This document shows positions 16,356-24,840 of a stretch of DNA of 33,063 bases, in pieces; within the stretch, counting starts at the first letter, position 1, and every line of letters starts with the position of its first letter. The stretch is taken from positions 1-33,063 of IMG/VR virus record IMGVR_UViG_3300039306_000019; one strand, 5' to 3'. A model generated the notes under the pieces. The model worked only from the letters and a program-made list of their open reading frames with translations. It had not been told where the DNA came from and searched no databases. The DNA comes from a virus. Its lineage: Duplodnaviria; Caudoviricetes. Position numbers and translations under genes: made by a program.

Positions 16356-17630
16356 ATGAACGAACCCACCCCGAAAGCGAAAAGAATAAGAGCTACCGCT
16401 GCGCTTACCCTTCGCACTGAAATCACTAAAGCCGGCGGCACTCATCCAGTCAGACTTCGAATCACATTCTTACGGCAACGCAAATACTACGGCATTGGCA
16501 TTGATATAACCCTTGAGCTATTTACTGAAACCCAGGACAAGCACAAGAAAAGTCAGAAGGTAGTGGATGCCCGTCAGCGGCTGGACTCCTTCTTGAGTAA
16601 AGCGGTAAGCATTATCAATAAGTTAGATGAGGAGGAGTTCACTTTTGAGAAGTTTGAACAGCGCTTCTTTCAAAACGATTTGGAAGCCCAGCGTAACAAG
16701 TCACTGCAGACAGATCTGCACCATCATTTTGAAACCTACGTAGCCTCATTAAAAGCCGAAGGACGCGCCGCTACTGCTCAATCTTATTATTCGGCTGCCA
16801 GTTCTTTTAAAGCGTTCCGGAGTGACTTGAAGCTTGATCAGATCACTCCGGACCTGCTGGCTAAATACGAGAAATGGATGCTTAACAATGGAAGCAGTAT
16901 ATCCACTGTCGGTATTTACGCCCGGTCACTTCGTACGATCATCAACCAGGTTAAGTCCAAAGGATTGATTAAAGATACTCAGTATCCCTTCGGCCGAGGC
17001 AAATACATTATACCAGCCAGCCGGAACGTGAAGAAGGCTTTATCACTGGCAGAAATCAAACTGATTTTCCAGTACGAGGCCATCCCCCTTTCACCTGAAG
17101 ATAAAGCCCGGGATTTTTGGGTGTTCAGCTACCTTACCAATGGGCTGAACATTAAAGACATTGTTAGGCTGAAATGGAAGAACATTGACGGGGATAAACT
17201 ATCTTTTATCAGAGCTAAAACAGCCCGTAGTAGTAAGGCCAATCAACGGGCTATCTCTGCTGTCTTGACAGATCCGGCAAAGGAAATCATTGCAAAGTGG
17301 GGATCTCAGGACCGGCGGCCGGATTCCTACATATTCGAAGTTTTACAGACAGGGATTACGCCACTACGAGAACGGGAATTGGTGCAGAACTTTACCAAGA
17401 TCGTAAACAAGTGGATGCGGCGCGTTGCGGCCGCTGTAGGCATCGATAAGCCTGTTACTAGCTACTTTGCCCGGCATTCGTACGCCACCGTCCTGAAGCG
17501 GTCTGGAGCCCCTATGGAGTACATCTCCGAAAGCTTAGGACATAAGGACCTCCGCACCACTGAGAGTTACTTGGATAGCTTTGAGGATGACGTGAAGAAG
17601 CAGTATTCCAATGCGCTACTGAATTTTTGA
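16356..17630 (+). CDS. int: Tyrosine integrase, homolog of 1-1272
   Basis: GLNIKD, RAKT, TSYFARHSYA, LGHKDLRTTESY; shares ATVLKRSGAP.E.ISESLGH and YLDSFED with int1. Confidence 0.93.
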   Translation: MNEPTPKAKRIRATAALTLRTEITKAGGTHPVRLRITFLRQRKYYGIGIDITLELFTETQDKHKKSQKVVDARQRLDSFLSKAVSIINKLDEEEFTFEKFEQRFFQNDLEAQRNKSLQTDLHHHFETYVASLKAEGRAATAQSYYSAASSFKAFRSDLKLDQITPDLLAKYEKWMLNNGSSISTVGIYARSLRTIINQVKSKGLIKDTQYPFGRGKYIIPASRNVKKALSLAEIKLIFQYEAIPLSPEDKARDFWVFSYLTNGLNIKDIVRLKWKNIDGDKLSFIRAKTARSSKANQRAISAVLTDPAKEIIAKWGSQDRRPDSYIFEVLQTGITPLRERELVQNFTKIVNKWMRRVAAAVGIDKPVTSYFARHSYATVLKRSGAPMEYISESLGHKDLRTTESYLDSFEDDVKKQYSNALLNF

Positions 17631-17647
17631 TTGTGCACACCGTCACT

Positions 17648-17683
17648 AAAAAGCCCTTATACGCAATGTATAAGGGCTTTTTT
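17648..17683. terminator. Bidirectional terminator-like hairpin
   Basis: AAAAAGCCCTTATAC-GCAAT-GTATAAGGGCTTTTT between convergent genes. Confidence 0.8.
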
Positions 17684-17722
17684 ATTGGTAGGTCAAGTAA
17701 TAGGTCGAGTAGTTTTTCAAAC

Positions 17723-18793
17723 TCAGACAAGAATTTTAAATTTAGCACGCCCAGGCTCTTTGCCTAATAAGAAGCGGTCATAATCAGCATAGCTGATCCC
17801 GATAATATCAGATAGTTCGGATCGAGAATAATTCAATTGATTTAAATAAGTATTCAACATTTGGGAAAGTATTTGCGGTTGGTCAATTTCAACTGGGCTT
17901 TTTTCAGTTTTTCTTTCACCAAGTCGACTAAGTTCTATCATCATGTTGGTGTACTTTGTCTTGTCGATATATTTTAGATCAAATGCCCGTTTTATCAAAG
18001 ATGATTTTGATACTTTCCAAAACTGCTTAAGATCTCCAAGAACACTAAATCTGAGGTGTATAAGATCTCTCCGAATATCCATTTCTGGCATCAGGAACTC
18101 AGAAGCAAATGCATTTGCTTCTGATTCAGTATCTCTATCCGGATCAAGAATAGGATAATACGGAATATGCATGATGTTGTGACCTAATTCATGTGCGATG
18201 GTGAAGCGCTTACGGTCATTAGGAATATCGTAATTTATTACTATAATGATTTGCCCGGTGTCAGTGATTACGGTTGTGCCATCAAATTTGTCAGGGGCAT
18301 CTTTCATGAAGTATATCATTATGCCATGCCTCTCAAGTGTATTTACAAGCTTGTCAATAGGGCCTTTTGGCAGTGACAACAGGAACCTAATCTTTCTTGC
18401 AATTTCAATAGGGGTATTATTTCCTGCCACTTCGATTGTTGGAATATCGAAATCAGGAACATCAACGTCTTTTAAAAGCCCCTCCATCCAAAGCCTAATT
18501 AAGTCAAAATTTGCCTCAAGTTTTATTTGTTGTTTTCTTGGCATTGTGACCCGCTTACGATAATAGTATTCAGCTTGTGGTTTGATAGGGGTTGGTAAGC
18601 TAAAATAGCTTAGAGGGAAGTTTAGTTCGCTGGCAATATTGACGATAGTCTCATACGGAATGGATAATAAACCCTTCTCCATCCTAGAATAATTGCCCTG
18701 GCTTAAATTGGAGATTTTACTAACCAATTCCTCCTGTGTAAGCCCTCTCGCTTCTCTAGCAATAGGTAACATTTGGAAATTGACCTCTTTCAT
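17723..18793 (-). CDS. XRE-HTH fused to ImmA/IrrE (DUF955) metallopeptidase
   Basis: AREARGLTQEEL...SRMEKG HTH; RKRFTIAHELGH; ESEANAFASEFLMP. Confidence 0.93.
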   Translation of the reverse strand: MKEVNFQMLPIAREARGLTQEELVSKISNLSQGNYSRMEKGLLSIPYETIVNIASELNFPLSYFSLPTPIKPQAEYYYRKRVTMPRKQQIKLEANFDLIRLWMEGLLKDVDVPDFDIPTIEVAGNNTPIEIARKIRFLLSLPKGPIDKLVNTLERHGIMIYFMKDAPDKFDGTTVITDTGQIIIVINYDIPNDRKRFTIAHELGHNIMHIPYYPILDPDRDTESEANAFASEFLMPEMDIRRDLIHLRFSVLGDLKQFWKVSKSSLIKRAFDLKYIDKTKYTNMMIELSRLGERKTEKSPVEIDQPQILSQMLNTYLNQLNYSRSELSDIIGISYADYDRFLLGKEPGRAKFKILV

Positions 18794-18861
18794 TGAATGA
18801 ATATAGTTTAAAGGTAGTTGGTGGAAGTATTGTTACTTCCACCAGATAATAAGTTGCCACC

Positions 18862-19503
18862 CTAACTTGACGAATTTTGCTGATCATCAACCGACTTTTT
18901 AACCTTTGGTTTAACCAGCAAAGGCACATCAACGATAGGGGTTTGAGGGAAAATCGGCAATTGAGAAATTCCACTCTCAAAATCTCGCAGGTCGGTAACC
19001 CAGATCCTTTTACCTTTGGATATGTAAACCGCACAGAGATTGATAATTTCCTCCCAGGATCTGTTTGGCCTATAACCAACAAATATTTCAGGGAGTTTTG
19101 TAAACAAAGAGTGTTGTTCTAGGATTCTCCGCGACCTGCCTGTTGCCACATTCATTGGCATCAATTCGTCATCCAACTTCTTGAAATAAATAATGCATGA
19201 CCCCTCCTTTAAAAACCAGAAGCGCTGATCACTATCTTCTTTCATTTCGTTTGGAAATCGTTCGAAGAGCAATCCCTTAATGTTTTCATTCATACGGTTT
19301 GCTTTTGAATTACGGTTTTGGTACGTACGAGGCTTTTTTCTAATATCGTCCCACATCATTTCAAAAGCGATTTGCTGAATTTCAGCAAAAACAGGAAGCT
19401 GATTTGCCATTACTTGCTCAAAAACTTCTTGAGCTGACGGCTCCAAATTGTAGCTTGGATTCTTGCCATCTTCGTGATTTTGTTCTAAATTTGCGTTCAA
19501 CAT
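18862..19503 (-). CDS. Hypothetical partner of the ImmA/IrrE protein (candidate toxin)
   Basis: 213 aa, co-oriented directly upstream; TAGCTTTG promoter box on the minus strand at 19566-19573. Confidence 0.65.
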   Translation of the reverse strand: MLNANLEQNHEDGKNPSYNLEPSAQEVFEQVMANQLPVFAEIQQIAFEMMWDDIRKKPRTYQNRNSKANRMNENIKGLLFERFPNEMKEDSDQRFWFLKEGSCIIYFKKLDDELMPMNVATGRSRRILEQHSLFTKLPEIFVGYRPNRSWEEIINLCAVYISKGKRIWVTDLRDFESGISQLPIFPQTPIVDVPLLVKPKVKKSVDDQQNSSS

Positions 19504-19834
19504 ATTTGTATTGAGTTTTTGATTACTGAACGCCGCTTGTTCGCACCAAGTGGCGTTCTTCTTTCCAAAGCTAAATAAAATTCGGATAAAAGTTGTAAAT
19601 AATTTTATATGAAAAGTTGTGTGATTTATATATTACATAATTAACTGATTATAAGGATCTTATTTAGTAAAATTAAAATTCGATGTTATTTTATAATTCT
19701 CTCATAGACGTTGAGTATAAATAATTGTGTCTATAACATTGGTCTCTACAAGACCGAAGAGTTACAAATAATAGACTTGGCAACAGCGAAAAAAGCTTGT
19801 GTTTTTCATAGCTTCTTTCCTTGTTTAATACAAA

Positions 19835-19863
19835 AAACTCCCTTACTAATGGTAGAGGAGTTT
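19835..19863. terminator. Hairpin after the element 2 late-type operon
   Basis: AAACTCC...GGAGTTT; shares AAACTCCCTTACT with the hairpin at 11342. Confidence 0.5.
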
Positions 19864-19885
19864 ATAGTATCTGAACCCAAATTAG

Positions 19886-20497
19886 TTAACAATACCTACA
19901 CTTGTTTTCCATACTCTCCTCCAGCATTTGCAAGTCCCTTACATTCACCTTATCCGAACGTGCATCTAAAACGCGAAATATCCAACGCAGTGAGGCGGTC
20001 AAACAGTCCCGAAGCGTTTTTTTAGGTGGATCGCATTTCTCCAACATATAGGAATACTGTTCGTAAGGCACTTCGTCCAGTCGTTTGGTGACTTGGTTGT
20101 ATTTTCCGGACCTCACCAATGGCCTTAGTTCCTGTACTATCTCTAACGTCGGGACCAGATATTTTTTCTCATCTTCTAGGAATAGTTTTGTCATCGAAGG
20201 CTTGCGCACTGGCTTGAGAGCAACCGGCTCGGGGACAACGGGGGCCGGTTCTTCGGGTGGTGCAATGACGTCACGCTTTAACTTCAATCTCCGACGACGA
20301 ATTTCAATAGCATCGGGAGTAGTACCAAACATGGCAGCCAGTTCACGATCGGTCATGAACAGATAGCACTCTTTGAGCTGGCGAACTTTAGAAGGTTTCC
20401 AATTGTAATACGGGCGCTTTTTAATAACAGGATTCTCAACAGTTGTTTCTAATAGGGCGGTTTCTTCCATTGGATAAGTGAATAGATAAATTGACAT
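19886..20497 (-). CDS. HTH-containing hypothetical protein
   Basis: WKPSKVRQLKECY..MTDRELAAMFGTTPDAIEIRRRRLKL resembles a phage HTH; start may be the second Met. Confidence 0.6.
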   Translation of the reverse strand: MSIYLFTYPMEETALLETTVENPVIKKRPYYNWKPSKVRQLKECYLFMTDRELAAMFGTTPDAIEIRRRRLKLKRDVIAPPEEPAPVVPEPVALKPVRKPSMTKLFLEDEKKYLVPTLEIVQELRPLVRSGKYNQVTKRLDEVPYEQYSYMLEKCDPPKKTLRDCLTASLRWIFRVLDARSDKVNVRDLQMLEESMENKCRYC

Positions 20498-20502
20498 ACA
20501 GA

Positions 20503-22554
20503 CTATAAATCTTCAGCGCTCTCATTACGGGCTGGATTAGCCATAATGAGTTTGAAAGAAGCAATTCCTCCTTCCTGGTTAGGTTCGTAGCTTACTTCAC
20601 GAATAAAAGCTTGTTTGTAATCTTGGTTGCTGCAGGAGTAAGCTATTGATTCGATAGCTTTTAGCTTCAGATCCAGAAACTCTCCAAAGGTCATCGGATA
20701 TTGAAAGAGCACTTCAATAGGCTGGAATAGGGCATTGGCAGCATCTACTTCAATGTGCGCGTTTTCTCTGATGCCGGCAGATTCCATCAGGTAGTTACCG
20801 GTACCAGAGACGAACTTTGCTACCTGATCGGTGCTACGGAACAGGCAGCCGCCAAATACTTTTCTCCACCGTAACAAGCACCGGACAGGACTAAAACGAA
20901 GATTGTAGGAGGTGGAGGGGCTGAGAATACCGGTAATGGGTTGGTATCTCTCATCCCGTTCCGGCCGGATAATCGTACCATCTCTCAGGCAGGCAATCAG
21001 AAACAAATTATTGTCTGTTGGATAATCCGTTGTTCCATTAGTGGAGAACTGCTGACGCCTGGTAAACTCAATAGCGTACCCGGAGGTAATGACGGTCGTA
21101 CGAAGTTCCAGTTTATTCTTATGCTGACGGATGGGTAGAACATAGCTCCTCTTGGTATTGAATTCATCGAGCTTGTTGAGCTGTTTCGTATCTCCCTGAT
21201 TTTGATAGTCGAATTCTACTTCACTATACACATCACTCAAGCTGGGGTTTTCCTGTAGGTCAGCAATGAAGGAAAAGCGGGTGGTCCCGTTGAGGCGATA
21301 AAAATAAGCTTTGGGCTCAATACGCAGATGGCGACCTTCCAGCCTAAGTCCTAAGTTGTGAATGGTGTTGAGGGCATCAAACACTTCTTTGAAAGAGGTC
21401 ACGACCGGTTTATCACCAAATTTCCGTAAGCCGAAACCATTTGTAAGGGCAATCAAAGCCCCCTGACCGTCTTCAGAATAATGGAAAGGTACCGAATCGA
21501 TGCGCCCTAGAAAGTCGCTACGGAGCACGTCGCTTTGCCCTGTGATGGATTCCAATATTCGGTTGATTGCCTCAAACACCAGATAGGATTTAGCTGTCGA
21601 CGCCGGGAATACACTTGCCTCATCCATTGTGATGAAACTAAGTTCATCATCAAAATCGAAAAACCCTCCGTTAGAAAGTGCAACGATCTGAACGTAAAAG
21701 TTAGAGTCCGGCGGAAAGGAGAAGTATTGATCGAAAGAGTAGTCCACGTACGCCGTAGCGCCGTTTGGGGCTGATTGCGTCGGACTGTCAACACTCGTAT
21801 AGACAATTTCACTCTGAACGCCACTTACCCCTATCCGGACGAATACCGACGGAGCTGGGCCACCTAAGGCATCAAACCCACGCAGGGAGAATTTGACCCG
21901 GCCTCTAATCCTAAGCGTACGATTTTCAACCCCGGCCGGGTAAGTGAATCCGGAATAAAATAATGGGTTGTTGGGATCGTAGCTATTGGGTGATAGCGCC
22001 TCCTCAATATCGGCCGTTATGATTTCGAAGGGCGGAACACTAAACTGATCCTCTTCAAACCAAAAATAGCTTTTCAAGAGAGAGTTAATTTTATACTGCG
22101 CTGTAAAAAACAACTCTTTGGAGTGAAGAGGTAAATCAATTGGCGTTATGGGGGTCAGTGTGTTGCCTTCCAAACCTATCTCCTTACTCAGATCAACAGG
22201 GGTTTCAAATCGATTCGTGAATAGGTTAGAAAAAGATGACTCCTTTATGCCTACGGCGATAAAACCTCCCTTCTCTTTATACAAGGAGAAGTTAATTACG
22301 CCACTATACCGCCAACCTTGACAATGTTCGATGACGATTGGGACATATGCGTCAATAAATTCGGCTTGATAGGCTGCTCGGACGATTTGAGCGGGCAGTC
22401 CATCAAACTCTAATGTGTCGGAAAAGGTAAAGTCGTATCCTATATCATTAGTGGCTCTACGAAGCGTAAATTTAACTTTGTCCCAGCCGATGGGTTCCCA
22501 GCCGTTGGGAATGATAATTTCATTAATGGTAAAGGTCCAGGCATTGAAGGCCAT
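20503..22554 (-). CDS. Putative phage tail/structural protein
   Basis: 683 aa, beta/aromatic-rich, N-terminal EPIGWD..FTLRR reminiscent of Bacteroidota phage tail-region proteins; recalled similarity, not verified. Confidence 0.55.
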   Translation of the reverse strand: MAFNAWTFTINEIIIPNGWEPIGWDKVKFTLRRATNDIGYDFTFSDTLEFDGLPAQIVRAAYQAEFIDAYVPIVIEHCQGWRYSGVINFSLYKEKGGFIAVGIKESSFSNLFTNRFETPVDLSKEIGLEGNTLTPITPIDLPLHSKELFFTAQYKINSLLKSYFWFEEDQFSVPPFEIITADIEEALSPNSYDPNNPLFYSGFTYPAGVENRTLRIRGRVKFSLRGFDALGGPAPSVFVRIGVSGVQSEIVYTSVDSPTQSAPNGATAYVDYSFDQYFSFPPDSNFYVQIVALSNGGFFDFDDELSFITMDEASVFPASTAKSYLVFEAINRILESITGQSDVLRSDFLGRIDSVPFHYSEDGQGALIALTNGFGLRKFGDKPVVTSFKEVFDALNTIHNLGLRLEGRHLRIEPKAYFYRLNGTTRFSFIADLQENPSLSDVYSEVEFDYQNQGDTKQLNKLDEFNTKRSYVLPIRQHKNKLELRTTVITSGYAIEFTRRQQFSTNGTTDYPTDNNLFLIACLRDGTIIRPERDERYQPITGILSPSTSYNLRFSPVRCLLRWRKVFGGCLFRSTDQVAKFVSGTGNYLMESAGIRENAHIEVDAANALFQPIEVLFQYPMTFGEFLDLKLKAIESIAYSCSNQDYKQAFIREVSYEPNQEGGIASFKLIMANPARNESAEDL

Positions 22555-22582
22555 AATGGATAGATTAAATGGTGAATAGGTT

Positions 22583-22831
22583 TTAGAAATCGGTAGGGAT
22601 AAAGTGGATCACCGGTAAGCCCGGGCGCTGCAATCTGTTGTGCTGATCAAACTGCTGCCGATTCATTTCCTGGCCGGATTGCAGGCACCGCACATAGCCA
22701 TCAGTAGCAGGGATCCAGGTTCGTACTTCCAGCCTGATTCCTTCCAGTCTCAAGCGCAATTCTTCAGCGTCGACCTTACCCAGCAATAGGGCCTTCAGGG
22801 TCTGGCGTTTGTAGTTTCTTTGGGGCTTCAA
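22583..22831 (-). CDS. Small protein with KRxxLKxxLxG-type N-terminus
   Basis: YKRQTLKALLLGKV; TTG start overlapping the upstream ORF. Confidence 0.6.
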   Translation of the reverse strand: MKPQRNYKRQTLKALLLGKVDAEELRLRLEGIRLEVRTWIPATDGYVRCLQSGQEMNRQQFDQHNRLQRPGLPVIHFIPTDF

Positions 22832-23066
22832 GGTTGGGTAGATTAACAGTGATTAGTTTGCAGTCTTTGTATTCTTTGGCATCCGCCCGGGCTTCGTCCC
22901 ATACTTCTTTACTGACGCGCTGCCCATTGAGTGTATATTCGTCTCCTATCCGACAGAGAATTTCTACATCGCGGCCATTGAGTGCTCGTTCCAACTGACG
23001 GGGTGTAACGGCGCCGCTTAGGAGTGCTTTTAAAGCTTTGCGTTGTTTACTGTCTGATTTTTTCAT
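22776..23066 (-). CDS. Small protein with KRxxLKxxLxG-type N-terminus
   Basis: KQRKALKALLSGAV; ATGA overlap with terS. Confidence 0.65.
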   Translation of the reverse strand: MKKSDSKQRKALKALLSGAVTPRQLERALNGRDVEILCRIGDEYTLNGQRVSKEVWDEARADAKEYKDCKLITVNLPNLEAPKKLQTPDPEGPIAG

Positions 23067-23587
23067 GGCAAAGTTTTGGGTTTCATCTGTGATAAAAGCT
23101 TTTTGGTAAGCTTCTCTAAAGTTTCCTCATCTAACCGGTCGATCAGGTCCTGTACCGTCACATAGCCGCCTAAGTGCTTCATCAGCATATCCAGGGCTGT
23201 CAGCTTGCTATGTAGTTTGATGGAGCGCCGTTTGCCGAAGGCCGTATCTGTTTCAGTAATCTCAGCAATGGCGGCCCGTACGTCTGAGGAGAGTTCAGAT
23301 AAGTTCTTTATCCGTAAATTATTGTCCTCTACATCCATCACTTCTCCGATATCAGAAAAGGCAACCTTAGTTAGTTCAAGTACTACCCTCTCCAATGTGA
23401 CGGTGGTTTTCTCTTCCATCTTGTTTTGAAAGTTTTTTATGGCTGTTTGAATGTCAACATTTGTCAACAAGCGTTGGCCTTGTGATCGAGCCGTTTTGGG
23501 GGAATACCCGGCTTTGAGCGCTGCCTGAGTGGCGTTGCCCGATACCAGGTATTCCTGCACAAACACTTTTTTGCGGTGGTTGGTCAT
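23063..23587 (-). CDS. terS: Terminase small subunit
   Basis: FVQEYLVSGNATQAALKAGYS; shares TETDTAFGKRRSIKLHSKLTALD with element 1 TerS. Confidence 0.9.
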   Translation of the reverse strand: MTNHRKKVFVQEYLVSGNATQAALKAGYSPKTARSQGQRLLTNVDIQTAIKNFQNKMEEKTTVTLERVVLELTKVAFSDIGEVMDVEDNNLRIKNLSELSSDVRAAIAEITETDTAFGKRRSIKLHSKLTALDMLMKHLGGYVTVQDLIDRLDEETLEKLTKKLLSQMKPKTLP

Positions 23588-23847
23588 CAGAACAAATCCG
23601 CTGCTGTTTCTGGTCCCGTTCCAAAACTGATAGAAAAGGGCTTGTGCTTCGGCTGACCGTAGGTATACCGCGGTTCTGTCCCTTCAGGCTGTTGCTGCTG
23701 TTGTTCATCCTGTTGGGCCGCCAATTTCTTTTCTAACTCAGCCACTTTTTTCAGGGCTTCATCACGTTCAGTCTGATATTGGCCGTTTTCCTTGGCCAGA
23801 TGATACATCAGGTCTGATGAAAAGGGATGTTCTTTTTCTTCTGCCAT
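23587..23847 (-). CDS. Small coiled-coil hypothetical protein
   Basis: 86 aa, stop overlaps the terS start. Confidence 0.65.
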   Translation of the reverse strand: MAEEKEHPFSSDLMYHLAKENGQYQTERDEALKKVAELEKKLAAQQDEQQQQQPEGTEPRYTYGQPKHKPFSISFGTGPETAADLF

Positions 23848-23872
23848 TGTGATTTTCCTTTCTTAGTTTAAA

Positions 23873-24478
23873 TTAATCATTGGTAGTGCGAACTGATAAG
23901 CCTCTCATTTTTACCTTTCCCTTGACAGAGTAGAACAGCGTTGGGCTATTCTCTATTTCAGCGGGAAGGATGCGTACTTGGTCGTATTTCTGCTGAAAGT
24001 CCTGCAATTGATCGAAAATGTCTTTTGCTTCTTGTAGGGCTTGGGCCTCTTCTTCGGTAGCGTAAGTAGAAGTTTTGTCGGTTACCCACTGTTCAAAGTC
24101 GGGGGAAAGAAGGACCCGGCCGTTTTCAATATTAATAAAGCGTTCCTCAATGGCTCCTAAAAAGCGGTCTGCCCATTTGAGACCATTTACTGCTGTTACA
24201 AAGGCGCTGAATGCAGCGGGGAGTTCGATCATCTGCAAAACAGCTTCCTTTTTCAGGGGTAAGGATTGCAGCATTTGGTTCTCTCGGTAGATGGCTTCAC
24301 GAACGTACTCTTCTGGGTTGTGAATTCTCAGCTCGCTCACTTTAGCAATAGAAGCCTTTAGACCTAGGGCTTCGTGAGCGTCGTAAATACCCTGGTAGAT
24401 TTCTGCTTGGCGCTTGTGGTTGCCGCGTAACTCACCAGCGTTGGTGGTGTTCTGATGCAATACTGTTTTTTCGTTCAT
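23873..24478 (-). CDS. Hypothetical protein
   Basis: 201 aa, first gene after the ori. Confidence 0.65.
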   Translation of the reverse strand: MNEKTVLHQNTTNAGELRGNHKRQAEIYQGIYDAHEALGLKASIAKVSELRIHNPEEYVREAIYRENQMLQSLPLKKEAVLQMIELPAAFSAFVTAVNGLKWADRFLGAIEERFINIENGRVLLSPDFEQWVTDKTSTYATEEEAQALQEAKDIFDQLQDFQQKYDQVRILPAEIENSPTLFYSVKGKVKMRGLSVRTTND

Positions 24479-24533
24479 AAATTAGAATTGTTTAAAATGG
24501 AAAATATAAAAGGGTTGCATTGATGTGTTTTGA

Positions 24534-24840
24534 AACTTTGCCGGGTTTGCTGTTCTTTGCCGGGACTTTGCCGTTAGATAAGTTGCTGACATACAGGTTA
24601 ATGCATCACTTTCCGGCAGAACGGCAAAGTTTTCGTATAAAATATACCTATGGGGGTATTCTAATTTCTTTTGGGGATCCCTGCTTCATAGTAATTGAAT
24701 TAGCCCCCTATCGCGTTTTATATAAAAGTTTTTGCCGTTTTGCCGTTTTCTTTGTTTCTCTGTTATAGAGGCCTATTTCGAACGGCAAACAGGGTTAAAA
24801 CTTTGCCGAACTTTGCCGTTAACGGCTAAACTTTGCCGTG
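24534..24840. repeat. Putative replication origin of element 2 (TTTGCCG iterons)
   Basis: About ten TTTGCCG/CGGCAAA-type copies in both orientations around an AT-rich core, at the primase-helicase stop. Confidence 0.75.

Noticed and set aside
1-17630. int1 and int2 as dead enzymes (N for R, Y for H)
   Set aside because: GMNF/GLNI and TY/SY-xARH variants are common in this Bacteroidota integrase family, and Lys, Arg, His and Tyr are retained.
19711-20025. 104-aa plus-strand ORF
   Set aside because: TTG start, crosses a terminator-like hairpin and overlaps the minus-strand gene.
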